The notes beneath the pieces were generated by a model, which was not told the DNA's origin, made no database searches, and saw nothing but the letters and a program-made list of their open reading frames with translations. Both the position numbers and the translations under genes were made by a program. Of a stretch of DNA of 64,000 nt, positions 34,501 through 48,558 are shown piece after piece. Origin of the DNA: Takakia lepidozioides (Eukaryota > Plantae > Bryophyta). Within the stretch, counting starts at the first letter, position 1, and the number at the start of each line of letters is the position of its first letter. The DNA is taken from positions 56,110,001 through 56,174,000 of the forward strand of contig CM060733.1 in NCBI GenBank assembly GCA_030704615.1, written 5' to 3'.

Positions 34501-35340
34501 AATCCCCAATCTGGTCACAATGGCTTTCTGGTACTCAATCATACTCTGCATCTGTAATTTTAAGTCTGCCATGTCACGTCCTTGTGATTCCACCAGTTTG
34601 TCCAAGCCATCCATCCTGCCAACTACTGTAGAATATGCGAGACTTCCCTCTTGCCAATCCATGAAAACTTGCCTAAGTATGAATCAAACAAAAAAAACCT
34701 AGCATGAACAACCATTGGAAAGAAAACCCAGGCCAAAAGCCTTGAAAAAAACCCTAGCAACCTATGATGCAGCAACCACTCTAGCAAACGTGGAAAACAC
34801 ACTTACCCGCCTGTCACTCCCAGCTGACAACCGTGACACTGAACCCTCTTGAATTTCATATAATGTAGGAGGGCACCCTGATAGTGTTTCCTACAAATTA
34901 ATCCATGCCACAAACAAACCCATGCCACAAGTCAGTAAGCAATGTGAGGGCTGACTATATACACATAGCAATTCAATGAGGAACAAAATACAGAGTCGTG
35001 ATGATGCCACTTACCAAGCGTGCTTCCACCATTGCCTTCCCACCACGGCCAGTCTTGGTAGGATTCTGAATTGCACCATTTGCCTTCTTCATGTTGCCCG
35101 ACACTTTGTGGAATACCTCTGTCTGCCAGTAACTTACAAGCTTGTTCCATACCTCGTCAGATACAGTAATGGGTTTCCCCTTACCACCCAACCACGCAGT
35201 GTGTGCTTTATAACGCTGGCTCTTCATTATTCTGCCAATTGTTTGTTTTGGGTGGAAGTCTTTTAACTTGTGTGGCGTATATGAAAATAGCTTAGCTAGG
35301 TGATCTCTGATTTCGTATACAACTTCATCAGTTTGGTTCC
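31570..35340. mobile_element. CACTA element 2, truncated: left subterminal region + 3' part of the TnpA-HAD gene; transposase and right TIR absent
   Basis: ATATGACTAC subterminal repeats with a ~100-bp period (~31757, 31859, 31959, 32059, 32157). Gene order and orientation match CACTA-1. Confidence 0.8.
32728..35340 (-). pseudogene. TnpA-like gene with FCP1/NIF HAD domain, paralog of 12349-17935 (5'-truncated, frameshift near 34260)
   Basis: KPITVSDEVWNKLVSYW...TKTGRGG (Ptta/En/Spm-like); coiled coil; LLILDLNGLLCES...RPRCYDFL...VAVWS...FKNL...DTVLVDDTP...IFPEPW; terminal exon FRVGDEVRLL...LPY...TLWS. Confidence 0.8.
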
Positions 35341-35714
35341 GATGGGATGAGGGGATCGACGGCGGGGGGAGCGCCACGTGGCGGTGGGCGTGCCATGGGG
35401 CCTTCATCCGGCCGTCGTCCATCCACTGCGCGGGAGGATGGCGGGGGGATGAGGGGCGGATGACCCAGAACATCCATTGTTTTGAGGTTGGATGGATGAG
35501 CAGGGGATCGACGGTTCGGGGGAGTAGCACGTGGCAGGCGATTAGGGGTGGGGGATCACTGCGGGTCCGGAGTGGGGATCAAGCCAGTACGGGGGGAGCG
35601 GCGACGTGTCGAGGGACCGCGCCGTGGATGGGAAGAGGGGATCGGCGGCGGGGGGAGCGCCACGTGCCGTCCGATGGGTGGAGGGGGATCAGTCACCGCA
35701 TTGGACGGGGATCA

Positions 35715-35746
<32 letters not shown>

Positions 35747-36420
35747 CGGCGACGTGTCGGGGGATTGGGCCGTCGATGGCGGGGGGAGCGACGGGATGGC
35801 GGGGGGATGAGGGGCGGATGACACTACAACATCCACTGTTTGTGAGGTCGGATGGATGCGCAGGGATCGACGGTCCGGGGGAGCCGCACGTGGCGGGCGA
35901 TTGGGGTTGGGGGATCATTCCCGGTCCGGAAGGGGGATCAAGGCGCGTCGGGGGAGCGGCGACGTCTCGGGGGAGTGCGCTGTGGATGGGAGAAGGGGAT
36001 CGACGGTGGCAGGAGCGCCACGTGGCGATGGGCGCGTCATGGGGCCTTCAACCGGCCGTCATCCATTCAATTGAGGTTAGATGGATGGGGAGGGGATCGA
36101 CGGTTCGGGGGTAGCGCCACGTGGCTGGAGATGGGGGTGGGGGATCACTCCGGCACTGGAAGGGGGATCAACCCAGTGAGGGGATCCACAGCGGGGGGCC
36201 GCCACGTGGCTGGAGATCGGGGGTGGGAGATGGGCGCCGCGCGGCCAGCGGTGGGGCGGGCGGGTGCGGGGGGTCAGGGGGGCGCGGGGAGCAGCGGGCG
36301 GGCGGGGGCGGGGCAACGGGCGGAGGGGTGGGGATGATTTGACATGGGGCGTCCAGCTCGCCGACGAGGCTGCTGGAGCGGGGGTTCCCACGGCTGTACC
36401 TCGCGGGCCGTACCCGTCAG
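35340..36420. repeat. Very GC-rich, G-skewed complex repeat (GGGGATCGACGG / GCCACGTGGC units, long G run ~35720-35746), probably a TE terminal region
   Basis: Composition shifts abruptly where the CACTA-2 exon is cut. Blocks recur at ~35355/36000 and ~35490/35850/36080. Confidence 0.8.
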
Positions 36421-39400
36421 CTCACAAGCTTGCAATAAAATCAAGCCACATCCATATTGGGACCCGGGAGAGACAGGCAGACCATTGACCAACCATCTAG
36501 CTATGGTCAGAGCTGGAAACTTGTTGAAAATCAATGCTATCAGATATTGCTCTGAAATTTATCATACCTTCAGGCAAAGAAATCAATGCTGTCAGATATT
36601 GCTCTGAAATTTATCATACCTTTAGGCAAAGGTATTGGACAGGACATGGGATGATGGAAGGGACATGGTTGAAAATGATGAAGAACCATCATAGAAGGTA
36701 GTGGAGAATCACCTACCTACAACAACAGTTGCTCCAGCCCCAGAGCAACCAGAAGCTGATCCACCAATGGATGTATTGGAGGAATACCTGGATGAGCATG
36801 GCCAAGTGACATTCTTTTCATAAATTGCATAAGGGAATTAAATATCAAGTCAATGTGAATGAAAACCGACATCAATTCACAACAGAGATTTGCACTATGC
36901 CAGTTTGCAATGCAGTATGCTCTCTCAAATTACAACTTACTTGCACATGCAGTCCAGAGTGGAAGATGAGCACACATGATAATCATCAAAAGTAGATAGA
37001 GAGTTGTGGAATAGTGAAACTCAATCTGCTGCCTGGAAAGTGCAACCAGGTCTGTTCCATCTCTTGTGGACTGTAATTGCCTTCTGTGAGTACAAATTGT
37101 CATGCAGGGCATTTCCTCATTGTTCCTGTCTACACTGTGTCAATGGTTCCTCATGGTCAAGCTTGGGTATCCATCCTGCTTGAAATTGGATCTCCTTGGG
37201 CAATCTTGGTTAAGTAGCAATTCTTCAAACAGCACCGGAATCTTGTAACTAGATATTGCCGGCCTTGTTGAGAGTATTTTAGCCATACAATTTACGATAT
37301 TAAAGACCAGCTATGATAGATCTTTCGCAGGTAATAGAGTGTGTCAAAGAATGCTGAGGGCCGGATCAATAGCGGACATGGCTAACAGGTGATGAGCATC
37401 GTCTGATTGCGAGACGACTATATACTAATCCGCATAATCTTTGGCGAATCCCAAGACCTCAGGTTGCAAGGGTTCAGACACGAGCTCTCTTGAGTTTCTC
37501 AGACACCAAAGCAGCTGGTTTGAGAGCACGAAATTGTCTGCGACGAATAAAGCTACGCAGGCAGCCGTTAATGATTCGAGGGGCACAAAACCTCTTGACC
37601 AACTCCACTGTTTCGTTGACAACCACGCCAGGAGGATCGTCCGTGGTCTCAATTTTGGTTGAACCAATGTTTGTTGCAGGTACCTAGATAACATGGACAA
37701 ATATTATGCAACTTCGATGCTCCTCTAGAAACATCAGGCATCTCTACAACATTGAACCCTTAAATGCCGGCATTACTAATGGTGGCTGCCTGACCACTTG
37801 TGTATGAAGATAAAACAGGTAGGTAAGTCCAACTTGCAAACGTTGCATGAGGTAACCCCTTGATTCATAATTCATCGTTTAGACTGGACTCCTGAGGATC
37901 TGACCTTAGCATCTCTCAGAAGCTGATATACAGAAAGATGTCCAAGTTTCTTTGTACACCAAACCTTAGGTGGCACTGTTGTTGCATACAGTGGCTAGTA
38001 AAGATGCTTCAGTCATGTGGGTGTTACCTGATGACATGATCGTGCTTGCTCCAGTAATGGCACAGATGCTTACCTGTTGTTGCATACAGTGGCGAGTAAA
38101 GATGCTTCAGTCAAGGGTTCAAGCTACTTTGAGAACATATTGTGAGTCCAGCACCAATTAACAAATGCATAACAAGTAAGCAGAAACAAATCTGAAGCAT
38201 TGAATCCTGACAATAACGAATCACCCAACATAGCAGCCAAATTAGATGAAATTCTCCCTGTAAGAGTCATGACATTGTTCTTACATTTGGAAATCAAGAG
38301 CTTGGTGGAAGATGCCGTGGTCTCTTCCGAGCCATCTCTTGGTCCTCTTCAGAACTCTTCTGCTAACTTGTTTTAAGAAGTACACTTGCATGGGGAAAAC
38401 ATGTTTGAGAGCATGTTCACTGGGCACATCTTCTAGATTCTCCAAGTCTGTAAGCATAACCAGAAGCCTCTTCCTCCACTAAGAACTCGTTGTTGCCACA
38501 GGCCTGTCCAGAAAACACTGAGGAACATAGGTGGCTTCCTGCCTTCCCTGCCTCCACTGCTCAAAAGAAGTGGAGAAAATGTGGGCTGTGTCGTTCCTAT
38601 CAGTAAGACTTCTCAATTCGGTGAAGTAGAGTACCAGCGGAGTACCAGCTCCTCCCCAACAGCAGTTTCTATTGTTTCCTTCCCAATAGTACAACCCAAT
38701 GAAATAGGATGTGAATCATTCTTCTTCGAAATCAATTTCCTCCCTCATCCAGGGCTTGAGTGGGCTTTGTTCCCCAGCCATGCTTCTTCATACAGACCAA
38801 AACATGATCTGTACGCAATGTAATCTCTCCAACAGGCCCTTGAATAGGTTTTGACTTCATCATGTAGATTTCATCAGAAGAACTGGGATTCAGCTCCCTC
38901 AAATTCATACTAAAAACAAAAACATTTTCACAATCAGATCGATGCACAATGAAACTTTGGGCATTTAAAATTGGGTATTTATTTCTAAAGACTCGTATAG
39001 CAAAATTATCTCAATCAGTATTACATTGAGCATACCAAAATCTGACCGCTCCCTACCAGTAAGGCCTGGTAGATATCTAAATGCAATGAAAAGTACAGAT
39101 GTCAAGAGTACATCACAAATCATATCTGCAGCAACATAAGCTGCGGATGCGATTGTCAACCCATGCCACCTAAACTGTACATAACCAGTGATCAATGCAA
39201 TTGCTGTGTCGGGTTGGAAAACAGCCAACTAGCTGGTTGTACTGCTCCAACTCGTCAATCTAAACTGACTCGATAGAGACTCAATAAAGAGTCACAAACA
39301 ATAGCAACTCCACCTCAAAATAGTGAGGCTATTTCACCTAACATCACGCAACTGTGAAGACCATTGCCTATAAACATAGCCACAGAGTGTTGTAGCCACA

Positions 39401-39470
39401 TTGTAAGAGGTACTGAATTGGAGGCAACAGGCTTTCAGTAAAACTAGAACCACCAGCCTGGCATAGGATG

Positions 39471-42400
39471 TCAGTCATAGGGGTTGCGAAACTTCTTAAG
39501 CAGGTCTGGAATGTCCTGCCCCAGCATGTCATCCACTGCCTGGACCATCTTGGGCTTGAGCTTGTCGAACTTGTCAATATTGTACCCTGCTAGGGTCTCC
39601 CTGTAGTGCTCCACATTTGGGAAGTCCCCCGCTGGCAAATGATATTCTCGTTGAACCTATACAGGTTCAGCACCAACCCAAGATACTTGATGTAACCAGA
39701 AACTATTTGAAGAAATTTATAATTGTATCCTACAGCAACAGGGATGTGTGCGCACCAAGGCGTCTGGTCCTACCCTTAATCCCCTTGCCATGGTCTACGG
39801 TGTTCAATTGTTGAGAACATACAGTCCCCACAATCTCTACAAAAGAATTGCATGCAAGCAGAAAACAATACGCCCAGTCCCTGATCAGGACAGTGCAGGC
39901 TTATCCTGCCTTCATTACAATTAAAAAGAAGAGGAAAGCACCCTCAATAACTGATAGATCAGGGTTGAAAGTAGAACCTTGGCAAACTCATCTTCCAGAT
40001 TGTCAATGAGGCGTTGTTGAGCTTTAACCTTGCCCATCATTGATGGCATCTCCTTTTTCAAGTGGCCCATAATGTAGGAGTGAATCTTGGCTGCCCGTGC
40101 GCGCTTCACAAACTCATTGATCTGTCCTCCCACAATGTCCCCCATCAACCATTAGATATTCGCTGAGACCAGTCAGCTTGTTTTGACACAATGTCTAGTT
40201 AGCCATGCATTGACCAGATTGTCATACAAAGACTTACACGGCGATCACAAGACTTCCTGGGTATGTCCTTGAGATCAGCCAGTAGATCACTCTGTTCTCT
40301 TTCAAACAACTCCTTGCCAATTGGCCCTATTTTCTGCTCATCGATTGGCTTATCATTGAATGACCTGCCATGCACCAATCCACACCTGCAAATTAGTACA
40401 ATGGGATTGTCCATTGAACAAGGATAAGACAGCATCCGCAAGATAGTCTCCTCTCAATAGCAACACTCACATAACCCTCTTCATGCTTCTTCTGAAGACT
40501 GACCCTCCTCTTCCCTCATGCTTGTGCTGAGGTGCAATCCAGAAAACCTCGGTTGGGATATATCTAATTGAGGGCAAACAGCAGGGAAGTTATTTGAATC
40601 CAACTGGGAGGTCACTTATACACCCACCCAATGTAGACACGCATGACTTCAGGAGTATTGAGCACCTTGCCCAGTGACCACATGAGTGCACCATAGACTC
40701 GCATCAGCTGCACCAGCACTCCAACCCAACATCCATTAGCTCTATGGAGCTTCCACACCTGCAACTAAACCTGGCTGAAAGCAAGGAAGACACGGTGTAC
40801 CTGTTGGGTATCAACTTGGTCGGCTTTGTTCAGGACAACACGGATCTTGTCGTCGTGGCCACGTAGGGAGCTGATGACCCGCTTGAACTCATCACTAATG
40901 TCCAGCTTATGCGGGTCAAACAGGAGCAGGATAAGGTCACACTTGGCTGCAAACCATTCAGTCACACCCGTGAAATCATAGCTCCTTTGGGTTCGCTGCT
41001 TTTCTCCAGACAGCACTCCTGGTGTGTCTACAAAAGTGATGTGCTCCAACAACTGTTCCAGCCCAGACTTTCTTCAGCCTTGCTACCTTCAGAGTGGAGC
41101 ACTGCAAATCCAGCATGTATCAATCCAGTAGAAGAAGCAGAAAAAGAAAGGACAGGCAAGCAGGCTCTTACAGGATGCGGCATGAGCGAGCACTCAAACT
41201 TGGAGAGAAAAGCTGTGCCAAATCTGGTAAGGCCAGTGTAGGGCATATCATTTTGCACCGCAATTGTGTTCCCTGGCACACTTCGCTCATCTGTGCCTCC
41301 CTGACTCACCATCCCCCATCCCCGTCCAGAGTTCCATCCCCTTAACGCCACATGACAATGAACCAATTTCAGGCAAACATCAAAAGCAAAGGTGGCTCCA
41401 GAGCCATTTGCACCCCAAACCTCCATACTGCTTCAAAGTAAGGCACCTAGACATCCATGGTACCTAAACAAGAAGAGAGGCACCCACCATTACTACAACA
41501 AACCGATCCGTTGTAGGCTCCGGTCCAATATGCGACCCTGCAGTTCCCGATTCACCTCAGTCTTAATAAATAGATGTTTCCCTCTTCCTGTAGTCACCCT
41601 ATAGCATGCTCTCTTCTACAGGTAAAAACACCAGACCACAGTAGACGTACAATGCAGACTTCCTGGGAGGGCGCAACACAGTAGACACCCCAAACAAGAA
41701 AAAGCATCAATGTGTACCTGGGTAGCCAGCCCGTAAAAGATGCTTGATGAAGGTTGTCTTGCCTGTTGAATACTGACCAAGCAACATCACCATGGGCTTT
41801 GCGTCGAAGTCACTCTCTGTCTGCGTATTCCACCTCACTAGTAAATCCGCGAACCCAGCAATTCAATGTGGACCAACAACCCTGCCTTGAAAATGGAAGT
41901 CAACGAATGCTACAAAACAGAACCTTGGGGAGAGTGGAGTGCAGACCAATGTAGGTGAGACAAAGTCATTGAAGCGATACGCAATTTCCAAGGGCTTCAA
42001 TTTTTCAAGATACAGCTTCTTCAGTCCATCAATTATGGATGTCACTGATGCTGCAGATATTGACTGCATCCATCCATCCCTTCTCATCAAAATTGGTTAA
42101 TGTACCTTGCTCTTGCCTCAATTAATGGACAAGTTGAAGCCTGGCACATCCTGCAATCTTAAAGATACTGTTCAGGTCAAGCTATCATCCCGGAGATGTC
42201 CTGGTTCCCAAAGCTCTATCACAAAAGAATGTACTCATAAGACGTTCTATCACGGAAGAAAGAACCTATGACACATTCTCACGAAGCAGGATACTCTTCA
42301 ACCACTGTTCGTTCAGCTGACCTTGCGTGTCGTCTTCTGAGAGAACCACTGTGCTGTCTGTGCCTGCAACTGAGGCGATGTTCCTGTTCAAGACCACCGT

Positions 42401-44798
42401 ACATCAACGTTAACTACTGCAACCATCACTTCCTCTCGATGCCTCCTCATCCCTCACCTGGTTGGGCTTTATTCACAACATGCATGAGGTATGGTTAATG
42501 CAGCAGAAAAGAAGATATGCACACGAGACTGGAAAAAAGTGGTAACCAGTGAAATGGGCAGTTATACACTATCTGCATCTGGATGCACAGCCAAATTAAA
42601 TGTCTACCGTTTGTGTGGTCTGAGACTGCAGATGGTGATGAGCGGCGCCCCTTCTGTACAGCATAATTCACCAATTCACATCAATTCATGCAATTAAATA
42701 GCTCGTCTTCCATGGCTACATTAGAGCACAGATCAGACTCTTTCAACTTTCACAATCTGCATGAGGTCTTACCAGAATACCACCTAGGATGTAGCTGGAG
42801 GCAAAAAATGGTATGTTGAGAATTGGCACTACCTCAGCCCAAGAAACCCAGAGAGGACTAAGGGAGTGTGACCTTACCACCATGAGCTCCTCCAAACCAT
42901 CCATGTTTGGTGGGCTGATATTCTCCACATCTGCAACCAACAATCACCTCAATATCCTGCTGCTGCGGAAACATCCAAAATGCATCATCTAGACACCATA
43001 CCCCCTGACCTGGAACCAACCAAATAGGATGTACAGAACAGACAAATACAACAAACACAAACTTAACAGCAACAGACCTCAAAAAGCTTCCCTGAGCAGT
43101 ATGCACTGGCTTGTGTTCTTCCCAAAGATTCATACCAAGTCTTCTTAATCAAAGGAATGCTTGAGTAGAATCCGAGAGAAAAATGTGCCAAATTAGGATT
43201 CACCCCCTACGGCTCTTCATAATGCTTGATGTATGCAGCAAATAAAATATAAAAGCAAACAACCTCAGACAAACTACGACCAACCTGCATTTTTCAGCAT
43301 ATCAGCAGTAATGTCCTTGCCAGTTTGTGCCAATGATATGACCTGCAGCGCCATAATCAGAATCCTGTTCTCTATGCTACCCAAACCGACATAAATTAGC
43401 AGACAACTGGACCGGCATCCCTCAAAACTAAGACCTCTGGCCACAATCAAGAGTACACGCTTGTGGAGAACTACATGACTCACATTCAGCCCAAACAATG
43501 CAACATTGCATGAAGTCTAATGGAACAGAACATGAGATTGAATCCTCCATATCTTCTTTTTCACATCTGTTTCTTTCAATCGTAGCAAGCAAAGGCCTGG
43601 CAAGTTGACCGAATTTTACTGCCTTCTGTAAAAGAGAGAGAAGGGTGAAGAGAAACCTAACCTGCATAGCTGTAACAAATTCTCTAAAGCCAAGAAAACC
43701 CTGGCGCTTTGTGTCTGCAACAGCCCACACCTAGCAGCAATCCGCTTGAGCCACAATCAGTCCAAGCATGTTATGTGGGCAATGCTAAGGAAAAAGTGCG
43801 AAAACTCAAACGCGCCCCATCCCATGTCATGCACTTGCATAAGGCTGCCTTCTATATTAATTTGTTTTTGTTGGAATTAACCAATTCTTTACAATTGTCA
43901 TGGCCACCACAAACCCAAGACTACCACGTCAAAAGCAATTCCACTGCACATCAACAATTTTTCGTTGGTGATGTGGTTGACTAGGGCATTCACGTATAAT
44001 CTGTGAAGAGGTCCCAGCCTGGGCCAAAATCATGAGAGTCTGCAACTCCTTTCTCATATAAAGCTCTAAGCGGTTTTACACCCCGGCTGGTAGATAATTC
44101 TGTTAAGATAGAAAGAAACATCAACTATATTCTGCACACCTGCTTAAGGTCTCCCCTGGGAAGCTGTGACAGTGAAAAAAACTTGACAGCATCTGGTCCT
44201 GTCAGCCTGCCATCAGCGTCTGCAAAGGCGTGCAATGTATATGTGAGCAAAGATCTTGACACAATCCTGCTTCAAGTTGCTGGCATTAAAGAGAATGAAC
44301 AGAAAACTACAACGCCAGATAGAAAATCCTCTTTGAGCAGCACCGAAATGTTCGGCATTGAGGTCGAAAGATTTTGTCATGTCGAATTGTCAACACGCTG
44401 TGAGGCGCAATTCAAACCAGAGAACCAGAAGGAATTAAAGATTCGAAAGATGCAAGCTGACTCGGTGCCAGCTCAGGAAGAGATAGTGAATTTCATGTTA
44501 CTACCGATGCAAACTCGAACAGATTCCAATGTGCTGAGATCTACTACGATTAGACAGCTCCAAATTATCTTTACTTCCACGGCACACAAGTCTCCAATAC
44601 GTCCGTACTGCCAATATCCCTGACTTTGAACGACGTGCATCCCGAATGCCAAGATGTTCCTCCTGTGATGACCTAACCAAATGGGAAGCGGAAGCGGCAG
44701 ACAGAAACCATACCACTGTCAGCGAAATCAAACCATTGCTTGTAAGTCTGCTCATCCTGCTTGGCATAATTCGTAGATCTGACCGCCAGTATGTCCAT
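39471..44798 (-). CDS. EHD1: EH-domain-containing protein (EHD1/RME-1 family dynamin-like ATPase, plant N-terminal EH architecture), multi-exon
   Basis: Exon 1 MDILAVRS...YKQWFDFADS; DGRLTGPDAVKFF; WAVADTKRQGFLGFREFVTAMQ; IIDGLKKLYLEKLKPLE; P-loop LLGQYSTGKT; FVDTPGVLSGEKQR; LNKADQV; last exon ...LLKKFRNPYD*. Confidence 0.95.
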
Positions 44799-45725
44799 TT
44801 TCCACCACCTCCACTCAGTGCTCCCGCTAAACTACCAGATTCAGAGACTCCCAATATATAGCACCTCCAACACACACCCGATCACAATCAAGCAAAACGG
44901 AGCCAGCGTTTCCACATCCGATCCGTTGGCACAGCACCGCGATGCAACTTTAGCGATCGAATTCAAACTCTACAACAGAGAGGAGCTGCACAGCTAAGAA
45001 TAGAAACAAGCGCTACAAAGCGAGGAGTGAAATGCAGACGCGGCAACCATCCGCCATAGCCACGTTGAAACCCTAACGTTGCAAGGGTGCCGTTGGCGGG
45101 AACGATGGCATCATCTACCGTTGCCTTTTTGCCCCCTCAAATTTTGAATTGTCTGCATACATTATCGCCGTTAAATAATGACCGTTTGTAAACAGCCAAA
45201 GAAACATCAAGACACCACATGGCTCCCGATGGTTCCCAGATTCGACACCCAGATCTGACGCTCCCCGGTAAAGACTCCAGTCTGCCGGAATCGTACTCCG
45301 ACCGTCGGTGGCAGCAACGACGGCGGGGGCCAGCACAACAGCCGAGCTGGAATCTGCACCATGGATTCCGGCCGCGTGGCATCTCGGAAGGGGAGCTTCT
45401 CGACGCGTGGCCTATTGGGTACGCGCCACAGCAGGGCGAGCATGCTAGGTACAAATGCCTTCACTTCGTCTTCTTCCCTGTCTCGCACGCCCTGCACCCT
45501 CTCCGATCTGTCTCTAGAATCGCTTTGTGCTTAAGAGTTTGTCTAAAGTCTGTTGAATTAGGAAGTGATCGCATTGTGGAAGGGGGGGTTTCGAGTGAGG
45601 AGCAAGGCGTGCTTGGGATTGTTGGCATAGGCTGGCTCAAGGTCAGCTTTGAGGATTTGTGGCGGGCGGGGGAAAGCTCTAGGATATATTCAGCTGCTGG
45701 GAGGGGAGAGAGAGTTGGAGGGAGC

Positions 45726-46720
45726 ATGTCTGGGGCTACATTGGCTGCGGGGCCGAGAATACCCAAGCCTGGGAAGGAGGGCCGCCATGGGGAGTTTCGC
45801 GGGAGGTCTGATCCCGGTGGTCTTGGAGGGGTGATGGGATCGCTGCGAGTAATCGAGCTGCAGCTGGTGGCATTTATAGTGGTGTTTTCTGCTAGTGGAT
45901 TGGTGCCGGTAGTGGACCTGATCTTTCCGGTCTTCATCACCATCTACGCTTTCATTCTCTCTGCATTTGTATTTAAGACTTATGGGCAAGCGGAAAATCT
46001 TCAGGTTTTTAAAGGCAACCGCCTGTTCCAGGTTTACGTGGTTACGGGTACCGTTGTAGGTCTCTTCTTGCCTTTGGCGTATGTGCTCGGTGGATTTGCG
46101 CGAGGCGATCAGCGCGCTGTGCGGGCTACCACACCCCATCTTTTTCTTCTCTCGTTCCAGGTCCTGAGTGAGAATCTAATCAACGGGTTAAACATCTTCT
46201 CTCTGCCTGTGAGAGCGCTGCTACCCATTTTGTACAGTATGCGTCGCCTGTTCTCTCTTTCTTCTTGGGTTACCGCCACCTTGTTCGAGTATAAGTTACC
46301 CGAGGATCCACGAGTGCAGGTGGGAATTCTGTAATCCGTTTCCTTTCAAGTAGTTAGAGATTGTGTTGAAGAGTGGACAAATGTTTGTTGTATATCGGAG
46401 ATTGTTTGTTTGGATCTTTGTGTGTTTTCTATCACCGGGAATGAGGTATCTTGAGCTGAAGCTAAATGCACTGGTATGGAATTGGTATGCAGGATACAGC
46501 ATGGTTATGGTTTGGACGGGTCCTGGCTGTAGCAAATACAGTTTACTTCACCCTCAACCTCTTTGGCTTCCTCATCCCCATGTTCCTCCCACGGGCCTTT
46601 GAGGCTTACTTCAAAGAGAGGGATCAGTACTTAGCAGAGCACCCACCAAAAGAGAAGAAAAGTCCAAAACCTCTCCCCACCCCTGCCCGTCCGGCGGGAG
46701 AGCCGAAAAAGGCTCAGTAG
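45726..46720 (+). CDS. Conserved plant multi-pass membrane protein of unknown function, 2 exons (45726-46319, 46493-46720)
   Basis: MSGATLAAGP...GSLRVIELQLVAFIVVFSASGLVP...TPHLFLLSFQVLSEN...WFGRVLAVAN...FLPRAFE, with a canonical GT-AG intron. Confidence 0.85.
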
Positions 46721-47328
46721 TGCTTAGTTACAATGTGAGGAGTGTCTAAATTTGTCAATTATAATACACATGTATTGTAGAGCCTGGGGTGTGCCATGTT
46801 TGGAAGTGGCGGACCTGCGCTCAGAGGGATGAGAGATGCGCAAATGACTGCAGCTGTAGATTTCAGCAGCACTCAAAACGTAGGTGGTGTGTACAGTGAC
46901 CATTCTTTAATGCCCCTCTTTTCAGAAACAGATGTGCAGGTTTTGCCTAAATGTTTGACAATGAAGCCCTCTCAGATGTCTCGCATGAGGGATGGAGGTC
47001 CTGGCGAATTAGCAAATTTCGAAATAAATCTCTTTTATCCGTGGTTGATGACAACTGCCCTTGGTTATGTAATATTACATTGCGCTTAAGATGCATTGCC
47101 CTCTATTCACACCGGCTAATACAGAAGAGAGTGAGTACATTGAAATGTCATGCAATTCTTCGTTACACGATAGTCTAAAATCCATCTTTCAACTTTCGGT
47201 GAAGTGCTGGTTTTAAGGGGTCATGCACAAACACACTGGATCGAGCCTTGTTGATGAGTGAGAGAATCTGCCTAGGTAGTGAAAGTCTTCTTTATGATGA
47301 GCATCACAAAGGCTGATTTTAGAAAACA

Positions 47329-47510
47329 AAATGAAATGTGCACTACACCAGCAGCATGAATTTTGTCAGCAACAGTTGAACTTTTGCAATGCGGAAATAT
47401 GACAGACACTTCAGCTTAACCAAATGAAATGTGTACTACCACCAGCAGTATGAACTCTGTCAGCACCAATTCAACTTTTGCATAGAAATATGACAGACAC
47501 TTCACCTTAA
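47329..47510. repeat. ~92-bp tandem duplication
   Basis: AAATGAAATGTG...ATATGACAGACACTTCA occurs twice. Confidence 0.85.
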
Positions 47511-48558
47511 AGACAGCTTGTAATACCTCGCAGGGAATGCCAACTCAGGCAGATCATTGGTAACATATTCCTAGTGATAGTAGCCAGTGCCACTTCATAG
47601 TGACAAGAGCCCATTACAAGTTCATGCAGTTCCTAGATCAAGCAAACCGCAAAACTTAGTGACTTGAAATCCTTCAAAAACTGTCATAAAAAATACCCAC
47701 TACTTTAGGCCATGGAAGGTGGTATTCCACCTTGAGATTGGTTTCATATGCCAGCCTCTGTTGTACTGGGTCTGTCTGACTTCCAAATTCTCAAGAGCTA
47801 GGCCCCCTCAATGATAAATACTTCTGGTGCACAAAACATAATTGACATCTACCTTTTTAAGTCCTCTAGTTGACCTACACTGGAGTCAACAAGACATGGA
47901 GGACACACCCCTGGTTTGAATGCCACAATGAAACATGCACAGATATGTACTTCAGCGACTTTGGCCACAGAGCAAGGAGGATCTTTCTCTTTTGACAAGG
48001 ATTTATGCTAACAATATGATACGAACTTGTCTCAATGGCGAACAATGAATTGCTTTGATTGTCGTCTTCGAGTTAACTTCCACAAGAACGTAAGTGCAGT
48101 AATGCAAGAAAGCGCCAACGCCGCACCCACCAAAACTCCAGGCCCTGCAAGCCTGACACCCACACCCAGTTCATGTGAGGCCAATAGCCCACTTGGACAA
48201 CATCCTCACCCAAAGTGAGCCATCAGTTTCCAATAAAGTTCATTTTCCAATCTGCTCTACACGCTGTCGTGACTCCTGGGGCCTCAACATTTACTCTCTA
48301 CATACACAGGGAGGCTTCAAAGCCAGAATGATAAGAAATTTCCCCAGTTGCACTATATACAAATACAAATTGGCCAAGTGGCAAAGGGCATACATATTCT
48401 GCTACCCTATCATGACCAGTGGGAATCCTCACTTCGTACTTCGCACACACTTGCTGGACACTGCAACGGAGAGCTTCTACTAAAGAGAGAAGCTTTGTAC
48501 AACACAGCTATTTGCATGTCTTTCACTCTTTTATGTCCTTGTCTGAGAGCTCCATAGG

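Noticed and set aside
35460-36534. Many overlapping Gly/Arg/Pro-rich ORFs
   Set aside because: Artefacts of a stop-poor GC-rich repeat, with no domain motifs.
36500-39300. Possible decayed gene between the TE block and EHD
   Set aside because: Only short stop-ridden frames and small local duplications (~36530-36630, ~37977/38075); no family recognised.
45219-45725. 169-aa N-terminal extension of the 371-aa ORF
   Set aside because: Family-like sequence begins at MSGATLA (45726). The upstream part is more likely promoter/5' UTR that happens to be open.
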